From Eledone cirrhosa (lineage: Eukaryota): a DNA stretch of 64,000 nt. Positions 44,239 through 56,954 of this stretch are shown here, piece after piece; positions within the stretch are counted from its first letter, which is position 1; the number at the start of each line of letters is the position of its first letter. The stretch is taken from assembly GCA_964016885.1 (NCBI GenBank), contig OZ024743.1, positions 122,140,001-122,204,000 on the forward strand, in the 5' to 3' direction. A model generated the notes under the pieces. The model saw only the letters and a list, made by a program, of their open reading frames with translations. It searched no databases and had not been told where the DNA came from. Position numbers and translations under genes: made by a program.

Positions 44239-44936
44239 AAAAGTTGTTTGTGAATCACGGAATATTGTAAATGGGATTGATATTAATGGACATACTGCAT
44301 CAATACGTACTCCACCACACACTCCTCCACCATTGCCTGTACCTTCACCACCACTTTGGCAAGCAACTGCCATTGATTCTGCGACCATCTGGCCATCCTC
44401 TAAGTCTGATTCTGACAAACCAGATAGTCCGACTTATGATGAAAACTGTGATGAACGAAATGTGTCACTTAGTAGTAGGACATTACCTTCACCACCGCTA
44501 CCAGGGACAGTGCATTCTACAGATTTAGGTAACAATGTAGAAATAAATAGCTCTTCAATCACAGAAGATAAATCATGTGATAAAGAGGATTCTTCATCTT
44601 CTTTTGACTCCATATCTGATGACCGAGACTCTGTTCAATCTTCTACTAGTAGCAGTGGGGAAGAGTCTACTTTAAGTAGTGGCGACGATAATTCTCAGCA
44701 GTCTCCCACTAGTCAAAATGGTCATGAAGAAAGTGCTGAACTATCTATGGCAGACAGCTGTGCGAATCATGAATCAAGGGAACTAACCCAGAAAGACCCA
44801 TCAGCTCCTGATGTTTTAGCAGATATAATGCAACTGGAGGAAGAAAACAGTAGAAATAAACTTGAGACTAAAATGGAAGACATCCAGACACAACCAGCCT
44901 CATCGGAAAGCGATTCTATTTCTAACAGTTTCCAAA
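44239..44936 (+). CDS. PPP4R2: PPP4R2 coding exon 6 (Pro/Ser/Asp-rich)
   Basis: Poly-T TAG acceptor, open frame KVVCESRN...SNSFQ, GTGAGT donor; phase consistent. Confidence 0.85.
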
Positions 44937-45088
44937 GTGAGTCAGCTTATAATAATTTGTCCTCTTTGTTAGTTATGTTGGATTTTACGTATAACATTTA
45001 ACATAGCTTGTTTTAATTATCTTCTCTATTTAATTTGTTTCGTTTCATCCTATCACGTGTTAATTTATTTGTTTTTCTTTATTTACAG

Positions 45089-45801
45089 TTATATCTGAAG
45101 AAACTTCAGGTTTTGCTGAAAACTCAGTTCATTCTTCCAAAGATATGGAAAAGAACTGTGACAGTTCTGATTCAATTACAAACAAATCCAATTTGACAAA
45201 TACAAGCAGTACTATTACTAGTTCTATAACTACAAGTCATACATGTGCATCATTACCTACAAATCAGTTGCAGCCAGAGCTGTGCCAAGACTCAAACACT
45301 TCACTGTCATCAACTTCATCTTTATCCTCACAATCTTTTTCTTCATCGGCATATATATCTGAAACAACTGATGTACCTGTATCCCACCATGAACCTGCAG
45401 TAAAGATCTGTTCTTCTGTTAATACCAACAATTCGGAGGCTGCTACTGTAGCACAAGCAGAGTCTGCTGATAATGCAGACTCAGTCATTACTGATATTGC
45501 TTGTACAGACAATTCAGTTTCTTCCTCTGATGAAATGACACCAGCCATATCAGAAGCTGACAATACCAAGTTACCTCAACCAGATGAAGACAGTAAAAGA
45601 TGTGAGGAAGACAATGACAGTAATGAAGCATCATCAGTCATGGAAACTAACTGTCAAGCTAATCAAATGCTGCAAAAGGAAGATGCAGGAACTAACAATT
45701 CAGTTTCAGAAAGTGCTGACGTTTCTGCTTCCACTACAAGTGTAACATCTCCCCAAGCTCCAGAGTCTAATACTCCAGATGAAGAACCAATGGAATTATA
45801 G
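45089..45801 (+). CDS. PPP4R2: PPP4R2 coding exon 7 (terminal, acidic Ser/Thr-rich)
   Basis: TTTACAG acceptor, open frame to DEEPMEL*; summed CDS is 1833 nt, i.e. 610 aa + stop. Confidence 0.85.
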
Positions 45802-48800
45802 CTGAAGAATTGTTGCAAGGACACTTGGAATCACTGTTCCTGTTATTAACACCACACTTGCCCACATCTATACATTATTCATTATAAATTATTTCTTTTA
45901 ACCATTGCAATCCCTTATCATATTAGTTTTCTGAAAGAGAACAAAACATTCTCTAAATTGCTTTTTATAATCCTGACAATTTGAATTTAGTTTTACTCGC
46001 ACTGCTTCCTTTTATTCCTTCTAATTTCTGTTTAAGGTTACTATTTCTTGAAGATCAAAGATTTTAATTTCTTCTGTACTACATTACAGTTATTCTATAG
46101 AACAGTTCTGATTTTAAATGAAAACATTCTTCTGTTGAAAACTTGACATTTTGTTGATGCAAAGTAAAAGTAGCTATAAAAGTTAATGAAAATCCCTTGT
46201 TAATAGAAATATTAATTTATTGAATAGAATATGTTTTAATTGGTGATGGTTAGGTTTAGTACACAAGTGATGTAATGAGAAGGTAGAGTTCCGGATTCTC
46301 ACCTTTAATCACACTACTAAATTTCGCTTCTTCCCTGGCAAAGAGTTATATAAAAGAAATGAGAATAGCAAGATTTAAATTACCAAAAGCTTTATGTGTA
46401 TGTATTTCTAAATAGCTTTATCAGCTCTTGATGCTTCTTTTCCTTAAAAAATATATTATTTTTTATTTAAAAGAACACACTATTTTTATTTTAGTTTTTT
46501 TTTTTTTTTTTTTTTTTTTGTTATTGTTATTAATGTTAATTTCTCACACTTACCCAATTTTTTTTCCAGCTTTTTACTGTTTATATTCTTTGAAAATATA
46601 AACTGCTGAAAATGTTTCAATCTAGTCCAATTGTTAATTTTCATGAATGTCCTATTTTTTCATCCAAAAAAATATATAATAAAGCATAACTTTGTTAGTT
46701 TTAAATCTTTCTAATTTCTCATTGAGTAGAATATAATTTTCCACAGGGATAAACCATCTTCAATGGCTTTGCAAGATGATTTTTATTTTAGAACACCTTT
46801 TATCATCATCCTGCCATTTTGACTATTTTTGTTGTTGTGTTTGTTGCATTTTCAGTTTCATTCTCATGAATTGAACCAAAGTTAAATGTAAAAATGGGCA
46901 TTTACTCATTGAGCAAGAATATTTTCATTTGTTCAGTGGTGGCTTAATAACTATCTTTCAGTAGCACTGTTCTGGGTCAAGTTCTTGTTTTCAATTGTTT
47001 ATAATACTATCTGTTGTTGGTTTTCAGAAAAAAAATTTTTTTTCTCAATCTCAATATTTGACCAACTCAGAGCATCATTCTCAAATAAAGATTCCAGCAA
47101 ACCACTTACTTTTAATGTTTCTCATTTTTTTTATTTCTCATTTTTTATCCCATGCCTGACCAAGCTCGACCAGATGATGATTTTTTTTTTAAGAATCTTA
47201 GTTTCCACTGATACAAAAATGTAAAACAGTCTGTGAAGAAAGAGAAAACTTTGTTTTTTATTATGTCCTAGAACTTATATTTGATCTTTAAAAGTAAGTT
47301 TTTGGAAAACATATTATAAAGATGTAGCTGGAGAGCCAATATGCTAGAGTGGTGGGTTAAGTTCACATTTCATTACATGCATTTCTGGTTAGGCAATTTA
47401 CTTTGCTTTCATGGTGGAAATTAAGCTCCCAGTTGATAATCTTTTACAGTAGTCAAAATTCAGGTAGGGGAAAGTTAATGTTTGAATGCTCAGCTTATTA
47501 AACCAGTTAAAATTCTTCCAAAAATTGGTGGTCACATTGGAATACCTGGTGAATATTGGTTTTATGCTGGTCTTTTCTTCCTTCAGTGAAGCCAAAAAAT
47601 GAAATTTAAAATATCTTAATCTGAGTCAACAAACACAATTGGCACTGGCATAAACTTGCATTAATTTCATGAATCTGATGTAATTTTCATATTGTTTGTA
47701 ATTTTTTTTTAAGCCTTAAACTGAAAAATGTAAATATTTAGAATTTTTTAAATGTGAAAATAGATGTTTATAATTTGCATTTTCTCAGTCTCTCAGTTAG
47801 AAATTACAGAAATAAGTGTAAATATCAGAACTTGGAACCTAATGATCTCTGAATATTATTTGTTAAAAAATGTAAACAAAATGCAAGTATCTTGCTGTAT
47901 CTGAGTTGTTTGAACTCTATAATAGCTGAAATGTAGTAGTGAAAGTCATATTTTAAAATATTTCTCATTTCTTTTTTATTACTCTACAATTTGTTCATCA
48001 GTTTGAAATTTGGAAATTATTTAACTCATACTATGGAAAAATTGTGGAGCCGTATTTCTATGGTAAATAAAATATAAAATTTACAAGGTAACAACTGTTT
48101 ACTTTTTTCTTTAATGCATTCACAAAAGCACAAAAAGGTTTAGGCCAGATATAACTTTGAATGAACAAATATATGTATATAAGAAAATTGTGTACGGTTT
48201 TGTAACATTTTTTTTATTGAATATTTGCTGCTGATAAATACAGTAACACCTTGGTTAACACTTTAGGTTAAAACTGCAGCACCAAACAAGAGCTCTGTAT
48301 AGGCTCATTGTATTGTAGTATAGAGATAGCAGCTTGATAAGCTGTTGGCTAATTTTAACAGTGGTACAGGTACAATGTATATGATCAGACATTGCTATTG
48401 GTACACACACAACAGATACAATGTATATGATAAACATTAAGTGATAAAATCCAGAAGCATAGATAACTATGCAGTGAGATGTCACATGTAATTATCTACA
48501 ATTATGATAGAAAAGAAGTTTAAGATCAACATCAGATGTTATAAAATTATGAACCAGGTTAAATTTATCAACTTTAACCATTAGTATATACACTCACCAT
48601 TCGGTAGAAAAGCAGCAGTGGAAAATAGAACAGAAAAGGGTTCCAGGCTGTGCATATTCTAGTATCTTCTTTCACTAAGCAATTTGTGGTAAAAAGATGT
48701 CTAAAAAACAAAATCAAAACTTGTCTTGCTGCTAAAACTTCTATGATTCCCATAGTTTTGATGATGCAATTACTAAGGTGTTCAGGAGTAAGAATTCTTT

Positions 48801-50221
48801 TTGGTGTCTCTGGTACTACAGTAGGATCTTCAGGCTCATTTTGGATGCATTACTGAGCTAAGTTTTGCATCTCTTAAACATAGAAAATATTAGTCTATCT
48901 TCCCACATATAGTCTTTCGGTTCAATTCCTATTGAGTCAGTTAATGGCCAATTTGGTGACACCTTTCATGTTATTATCCTAATTGGTTTCTATGTATTGT
49001 TTCCACTTTCATTTAATCAGGTCAAAATTTAATTTAAAATGTCATTTGATTATTTTATATTCTCGCATGATCATAGCATCTACCAAGCAGTTCATTTTTT
49101 ACTAGGAGCCTCCACATGTAGCTGTTTGAATAATTGCCTCCATTTCTAATTCCTACCATACTGTGTCTTACACCAACAACCTTTCTCTTTGCCGTCTTCC
49201 TTTACAACCCACACTGCACTTCCAATGTTTCTCATTCATTGCGATTACCTACTCATCTACTTTCTATCTTGCTATTCTTTTTTGATGGCCATTTGCATTG
49301 AAAGACCTGTGTCCAAAATGTTTAACTTTTTAACACCTCACCAAAATTATAGATGCCAACACTCCTTGGATTTTATTATTATTGTTGTCAGCGGAGACCC
49401 TCACCAGTTACTTCAGATTCTTGATTTTGGTACAAAATATTTGTCACTGGGCTAATGTTTTTTCCTCACTATATAACTAGACTGTAATTTGTTTTCACTA
49501 CATTCACTGTGTTAGCATCACCTAAAATATCATAATATAATAAAGAGAGGAGTGCAGGACTGTGTCCTGAATATATTTTTTTATCCAACTTTATAAAATA
49601 AGTTGGATTACTTTGAATAAATAATGAATGAATGAATATTACATAATTTATGTACTAAATTTCGTAGTTGTTGATTAAACATAAATATTCTTATATATAA
49701 TGATTGCTTATTTTAAGATTCACTTCCGGTTTTGATATTTTCCCCATTTTCGTTTTCATTACATTTCACCGTGATGCAGTTTATATATAATATCGTCTTT
49801 TTTAATTGTATCATGGACTACTTTACTTACAGAAGAGAGTGGAACACAGTCTCTCTCTTCAATTTCTGTGCATATTCTCAATTACAATTTTATTTGAAGT
49901 ATCATATCTACATGCATGTATATTTGCGTATAATATCAATATGCACACTACACATGCTAGCAGAAAACCACCCTTCGGGTGGTTTTCTGCTAGTATAAGT
50001 AATTAAATTGGTAGACTCATTGAAAAAGTATAACTCAGTTGAAATCCGAAAAAAATATTTTAATAAGTATCACAGTATGATGCATTTAATACAACTTAAT
50101 ATCTAGTTTTATTTCCTTTCTGAATGCAAATCTGTTTTATAATCAGTTCATGTTAGTTGTTTCCTTTACATATACGTATATATAATGCAAAAATTGATGC
50201 TAAATGGAAATGATATATATA

Positions 50222-50458
50222 CACACTTTGTTTTTGTATTTCTTATCTGAAAACGTGTGTTGAAACAGATATTGTTATACTTCGAGAAGGTCATGCTGCC
50301 AATAAAAACACATGCACCTGTTAGCTTTCACTTCACTGTATTACAAATTTCCAGTTGGTTTAATAAACAACCATCCGGTAATTAAACCAACTGGACATTT
50401 GTAATAAATTTCCAATAGGTGCATGTATTTTACTGGCAGCATGACCCTCCCAAAATAA

Positions 50459-50459
<1 letters not shown>
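50222..50459. mobile_element. Fold-back mini-element built from two inverted PLE termini
   Basis: Left part is the reverse complement of a 5460-5655 homologue, including the tail. Right part repeats it in sense to ATGACCCTCCCAAAATAAT. Flanked by TA/TG repeats. Confidence 0.8.
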
Positions 50460-50508
<49 letters not shown>

Positions 50509-50595
50509 CAAGAATTGACGTTGACTACTCCTCTAAAAGAATATTTGACCAATTTAATACACAAATGTATGTTGATACTAAATATTTTTCTTTAA

Positions 50596-50767
50596 CCCTT
50601 TAGCATTTACATTACTCTATATTTACTATTGTATTTTCACGGTGAAGGCTTTATCTCACATAATATTGAATCTATGAGATTTTGAGATCAATGCCTTAAC
50701 ATCAGTATAAGCAACCGGTTTGAACAGAAAGAGGTGAGAGAATTCTGCCGGTTTAAATGCTAAAGGG
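50596..50767 (-). mobile_element. piggyBac-type MITE
   Basis: TTAA|CCCTTTAGCATTTA ... TAAATGCTAAAGGG|TTAA. Confidence 0.88.
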
Positions 50768-51817
50768 TTAAATGCAAGTAGCTTGAGAATGATTGGAAAG
50801 TAAGTTCTTTTTAAAATGTTATGTTTATGCAAACGAGATACATGTTTGTCAGGACATACTATCATTATTTTCAGTAGTTAGTGTTTGTAATGTTTTTTTT
50901 TATGAAAAGGAAGTGGTATTTAGTGACTTTAAATATAGTCTATTTGAGAAGAGATGACTGGTGAAGTTAATGGAAAAATGTTCTCTTAGATGTAACTTTG
51001 TCAAAGAGATATTGGATAGATAAATTTACAGAAGGTAGAAATAATCAATCATTATCATCATTGCTTTATCTGTTTTTCATGCTTGGGTGGGTTAGACAGG
51101 TTGTCACTTTCTGAGGTTAGACAGCTCAGATGATTGTCAGGCTTATGTTACATTCTAGCCAACATAAAATATAATTCATTATGTAATATTAGAGTTCAAA
51201 TCCCGCCGAGGTTAACTTTGCCTTTCATCCTTACGGGGTCGATAAAATAAAGTACCAGTAATGCACTGGGTAATTGCTGGCCTTGTGCCATAAGTAGAAA
51301 CAATTATGTAATATTAGAATTCTTTCTTTTAATATGGATCTTTAAGTGGTTTCACTGAGTAATCCAGGTGTTCCACCCAATGGGCTTCCTCACAGATTTT
51401 GTTTACCCAATTTCAGTTACAAGACTTATATTGACCTGAGTTTGTAGTAGGAGACACACTGAGATTGAACTCTGGACCTCATGTTTGCAAAGTAAACTGT
51501 TTCATAAGTCAACCATGTCTAGTGGCAGACCCAGGTTTTGTCCAACCAACAGAAGATCTCAATTACCAGTGATTTTCCAATAGGTTCATCATTGAACCAC
51601 TTTCTTACAGTTCTCAGGGTGGTGGAGTTGACAACCAACAAAAATGAGTCATGCAAGTTGGACTGACGTTTTTACCATGTCTTCTAAAAAAACATGTTTT
51701 TATTACTATAATTTACATAACTACTCTAAATTAAATATTTTTCTCATTAGAAACTTTTTCCAATATAAATATTATCCCCTAAATAAAATTTGTCATCAGC
51801 TCTCCAGCAAAACTACA

Positions 51818-52053
51818 ATATAATAATAATAATAATGAAATTATTGTGTAAAGTGCTCAGGTACACTACAACTCGTCAATATAGTACATAGAATAATACA
51901 CAAATGTCAGGGAAGTACATGTGTGTATGTGTTAGCTGTAGTGTTGGCGGATCTCGGGAAGCATGGAGGCCTTAAAGGATGCAGTGTCTCAACAGCTAAC
52001 AACTGATGCAGGTAGTTTGTTCCATGCTTCAGCAACTCTGAGCGTGAAAAAAA
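51818..52053 (-). mobile_element. CR1-clade LINE 3' end with (ATT)n tail
   Basis: Minus translation FFTLRVAEAWNKLPASVVSC*DTASFK matches the CR1 C-terminal motif; tail copies at 57085-57183 and split at 59000/62630. Confidence 0.8.
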
Positions 52054-53139
52054 ATATACCAAACATTCATTTGCATTTTCCCAACTTAGAAAAAACACAG
52101 CAGTTAAAAAAATCAATTCTCATATGATTACAAGGACTACACTCCTGTCTAAGCTATATATCTCAGCTGTGCATGTTGACAAAAACACTGCCAAAGAAAA
52201 CGAGACACCTGTTCCATCAGCCATTTCAATTCACAGGAGTCCTTCCCTCCAATTTTGTGGAGGAAAACAGCAATCCGGGGACTGAGAACATCACAGGTCT
52301 TGCCAGTGACGAGCACAACAAGGAATCAGTTAGCCAAATCTTTCTATTTAGATAACTAGAGAAGCAAAAAGAAAGACAGCTCAAATTTTGGAGTTGATAC
52401 TTCAAAATAAAGTGGGGAAAAAGCCCCCAAAAAGTGTAGTGCAGAAAAAATTCAATGATGACAGAATCACCTGGTACTTAGTTTTATATAGTTTTTTTTT
52501 TTTTGTTGTTGATTAGATTGTGAGGATTTTGGGATTAATCTCATGAGAAGTGTATAGTTAATAATAAATGCAGTTTATTTATTGACAGTTGTATTGAAAT
52601 ATGTTATGATATTGCATTAATTTAGTGATACAGTGAACCAAAACAATTATAAGCAATTCAATAAAACAAAGTTGTACAAACAAAACAACTAAATTTCACA
52701 ACACAAATTACAAAGGACTGGCACTGCTGGTGAAGACCCAGCCTACAGCATATAATGTGACCTGACTTATTCCTATATTCCTACCCCCACTGCACTAGCA
52801 CTACCCAACAGCTATTTTTATCATCACTATACCATTACCACCATACACCTCATGCCCTTTCTCCCCAGCACTCATTCCTTAGCTGTTGCTCTCTCAAAAG
52901 CCTCTAGACTCCCTTGCTATCGCACTCTAGTATTGCTCTCCTCACTCTTATGCCCCCCCCCCCCACCCATGCCCTCTTGTGTATTAATCCCTTAGCTACT
53001 ATCTTCCCCACCTAAAACCCTTATATACCCTTACTATTGCACCCAAGTAGCCACTCTGCATCCCACCCATGTTCCTTCCACTATCACTCCTTAGCTATTT
53101 CTTTCCTTCACTACATTTCCTTCACTACATGAAAAAAGA

Positions 53140-53466
53140 AAAGGTTGAGAGGACCCTTCAGTTATGCCACAGTATGGCAACCTCTCAAGTATTGGTAATT
53201 TACATGATAAACACACCCACTATATACTGTAAGGTGGTTGGTGAGAAGCCATAGAAAGCTTGCCAAACAAAGGGTTGGAAGGACCCTTCGGTTGTGTCAA
53301 AGACATGACGACCTCTTTGCTGTACTCAGCAGAACATGAGACAATATGTGAGATGCAGATTCCTGGCCTGTCTGGGAGGTCAATAGCTCTGCTTCAGTAC
53401 TGACTTGGTCCATGTAGACCCATCATCCAACCTTTATCAGGAAAAGTGGACATTAAATGATGATGA
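53140..53466 (+). mobile_element. RTE-dependent non-autonomous repeat (second copy 54685-54912)
   Basis: Two diverged copies sharing CATAGAAAGCTTGCCAAACA...GCTTCAGTAC...TCCAACC...AAATGATGATG. Confidence 0.65.
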
Positions 53467-53600
53467 AATATGTGTGTGTGTGTATATATATATATAGTCT
53501 ATAGTAAGAAGGCTAGGAAGACCACAAGTACTCGATCCTTGGTAACATGCAAAATAGAGATTCGACTGTGAGGTGAGGTGGTTTCAGCTTAGCCTCATTG

Positions 53601-53634
<34 letters not shown>

Positions 53635-53756
53635 ATGAGAGCGAAAATTGTGATTGCATATGATATATATATACATATATATATATAATGTAATGGGAAA
53701 GAGAGAGGATTGTGTGTGACTATATAATAGATTTTAATTTTTTTTCAGCTGATTAA

Positions 53757-53885
53757 TTAATATACGTAGAGTTTTATTTTTGAAATATCTTTTTCTGGAC
53801 ATTCCCTGGTTTTATTGAAGTAGAAGAAACTACCATCTTTCCTCTGTAATTTCTTGACATAGCCATTGTGAGGCCATCTTTCAAT
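53757..53885 (-). CDS. MEIG1: Meiosis expressed gene 1 protein, last coding exon
   Basis: TTTTCAG acceptor; [42 protein letters not shown] carries the MEIG1 motifs [19 protein letters not shown]. Confidence 0.95.
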   Translation of the reverse strand: MERWPHNGYVKKLQRKDGSFFYFNKTRECPEKDISKIKLYVY

Positions 53886-55226
53886 CTGAAAATATAAAAT
53901 ATTGATTTATATTTGTTGTTGAGCTAATTTACTTTTACTCATCTTGTTTTTATATTTAACTAGCTGATCCCATGGAATCTCCATGGGGTCAGCTAGTAAC
54001 AACCATCAACTATTAAAGATCAACACTGACATGTTTTTCATGCAGATTATATCTATTTGATTATGATTTAGTAGTGTTTATTTTAAGCCAGTTAATTAAT
54101 GGAATAAGCCCTGATATTGCAGTATATTTTATTTCTTAATACTGAGCATTGTTATTTAAGATGGTAAATTGACAAAGTCAACAGGATGTGTAGAATGTTT
54201 TATGGTATTCATCCAGCTCTGTACTCTGAGTTTAAATTCTGGCAAGGTGAACTTTGTATTTCATCCGTTTGAAGTCGATAATTAAAGTACTAATTTAGTA
54301 CTGAAATCGATTCTTCCTCTATCTTTCTTACCTTCTTTCTCTCTATCTTTTCTTTTCTTGAAGAAATGAGCTGTGATCAGATCTGGAGTGGACTAGGCTC
54401 CATTAGGATTATATCCCTAAGATGGCATCTCTATGACACTATTAGGAGTCCAGGGCCCATAGATGAGCATTGTTATGGTGTTGGCAGAAATGTTAGAGCT
54501 GGAGAAAATACTTTGTGGTGTTTAGTTTCATTCCTTCATAAGGATCAGCAAAATAAATACCATCAAGTATTGTGTATCATTTAATTAACTACATTGTTCT
54601 CCTAAAACCTGTGGCCTTGTAACTCATAGAATTCTCAGTCCATATGACATGAGAAACACACATATTATATGATAGGAATGGTTTCAGTCATAGAAAGCTT
54701 GCCAAACAGAGGGTTGAGAGGGTCCTTCAGTTATATCAAAGATATGACAACCTCTACTGTGAACTCGATAGAATGTAAGACTATATGTGAGTGAGATGTA
54801 GACCCCTTTGACTTGTCTGGGAGTTTAGTAGTCTGGCTTCAGTACAGACTTGGTCTATGTAGACCTGTCCAACCCTTGCTAGCAGAGAAAACATGTTAAA
54901 TGATGATGATGATATATATGTATGTAATGTATGTATATAACCTAACATCTTTATTCAGAGAGTGGGATTGGTCCAGTGCTAGGCTTTTCTTCACTTAAAA
55001 GGACTTCAAGCAGAGGCATCACTTAATCACTTTGATGTTTGTTACGTAAGTATGGTCTTTTCTTTACACTTTCGCTGCAGCATATGCAGAAAGAAATTTA
55101 AGTCCTCGGGAGGGCTAAAAAGTCATGATCAGGGCACCCGTGTGTGAGTAAAAAGGTCATGGGATGGCAATTCCTGAAATTGAGGTGCAGCCATTCTCTC
55201 TCTCTCTATATATATATATGTATAAA

Positions 55227-55490
55227 TAATTGTTTCTACTTTTTGGCACAAGGCCAGCAATTACCCAGTGCATTACTGCTACTTTATTTTATCGACCCCC
55301 GTAAGGATGAACAGCAAAGTTAACCTCGGCGGGATTTGAACTCAGAATGGCAAGGGCCATAACTCTATGCGTCAAAGCATGGCGTCCGACCCTCTACCGA
55401 TACTGCCAATCCAACATATTTTTGGCAAAAGGCCAGCAATTATGCCAGTGCCTTACTGCTACTTTATTTTATTGACCCCGTAAGGATGAT
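55227..55490 (-). mobile_element. SINE family 2, full copy plus partial tandem copy
   Basis: Reverse complement of the 57304 type. Confidence 0.8.
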
Positions 55491-55639
55491 GAGTAGGAAT
55501 TAGGAGTCAAAGTATTATCGTTATATTTATTCAGGTGTTACGCATGTTTTGTGATTGATCAGCTCAACGTATGATCCGTGTATATGTATGAATGTATATA
55601 TATATATATACACACACACGTACATATATATGTATACAC

Positions 55640-55915
55640 TCAAGAGGTATTGAGACTTTTATTAGAGAAAAACATTTATTTAACTAAGATCAACACAAAA
55701 CTATAGTCTCCCTCAAAGTAGGATCATCCAACTTCAATACACTTGTGAAGGTGTCCACAGTGCTTATCACAGCCTCCTTCATCTCCACATCCGCAAAGCA
55801 GATACTCCTGAGATACTTCTTCAGCTTTGGAAATATCCAGAAGTCACATGAAACACATATGTAGGGAAGATGAGGGACAGTCTTGATCCTCATATCGGCC
55901 AAATAGTTGATCACC
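55640..55915 (-). mobile_element. mariner transposase C-terminal remnant
   Basis: TVPHLPYICVSCDFWIFPKLKKYL resembles PHPPYSPDLAPCDFWLFPKLK; ends KCIEVG*SYFEGD. Confidence 0.75.
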
Positions 55916-56518
55916 AAATGCAGGAGGGCGCTATAGAAGTGGTGGATAACTTCCGGTACCTAGAAGATCAGATTAGCATGGGAGGAGGGTGTTCCGAGGC
56001 CATAGTATCTAGAATAAGGACAGGTTGGAAGAAGTTTAGGGAGCTGCTTCCTCTGCTGATGAAGAAGGGTTTCTCCCTGCGTACGAAAGGCCGGTTGTAT
56101 GATGCCTGTGTGAGGAGCGCGATGCTGCATGGTAGTGAGACATGGGCAGCGACAGCTGGAGAGAAATGAGGCAAGCATGCTCCGTTGGATGTGCAGTGTA
56201 AATATGCGTGAACGACCCAGCATAAATGTGTTGAGAGAGAAACGGTCTGAGAGGGATAGAATGTAGTGTACGGGAGAGGAGACTGAGGTGGTATGGACAT
56301 GTGATGCGCATGGAGGATGACCGATGGGTGAAGAAGTGCCAGGAAATGCCAGTTGAAGGAAGACGTGGTAGAGGTAGACCACGACAAACATGGGCGGAGG
56401 TGGTGAGAACAGACCTCAGATCATTGAAGCTGACGAGTGGAGAGATGCTGTGCTGAATAAGACCCGTCCCACCCTTGCAAGCAGGGAAAAGTGGACGTAA
56501 AAAAATGATGATGATGAT
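55916..56518 (+). mobile_element. RTE family A 5'-truncated copy with complete 3' tail
   Basis: Near-identical to the reverse complement of 10822-11240; continues to GRPRQTW and the (GAT)n tail. Confidence 0.92.
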
Positions 56519-56731
56519 ATACACACAATCATCATCATCGTTTAACGTCCATCTTCCACGCTAGCATGGGTTTGGAGGGGAATTTTCCCACTTGAGGCAA
56601 GATTGGTTGTCCTGCTCGTATAGGACTGTCTGGCGGGTTTTCTACGGCTGGATGCCCTTCCTAACACATATATATATGTTTGTATATATTCATGAATGAA
56701 TAATAATAATAATATAATATTATTATTATTT

Positions 56732-56949
56732 GGTTTGTTTACAAGTAAACAGCCCAATAAAACACCACGTGGTAGATGACATCATCCTTTTGTTCCAGTA
56801 GTAGCTGAGAGAAAACAATTGACATTGACAATTGTTTCAGAGTGTTTGGCTCCTTGTCAAGATTGTGTAAACTGCTCGCTTGCTACAAAAGGATGATGTT
56901 GTCATCTACCTTGTGGTGCTTTATGAGGCTGTTTACTTGTAAACAAACC
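56732..56949. mobile_element. Fold-back element (~62-bp arms) with a degenerate hammerhead in the loop
   Basis: Arms 56732-56793 and 56885-56949 are imperfect inverted repeats within (ATT)n. Confidence 0.7.
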
Positions 56950-56954
56950 GAATA

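Noticed and set aside
48700-48860. Minus-strand peptide EPEDPTVVPETPKRILTPEHL as a host exon
   Set aside because: No clear splice sites; at best a decayed pogo/Tigger-like tail.
53560-53602. Minus-strand CAATGA-GGC(TAA)GCT-GAAA hammerhead remnant
   Set aside because: Core incomplete and stems I and III unsupported.
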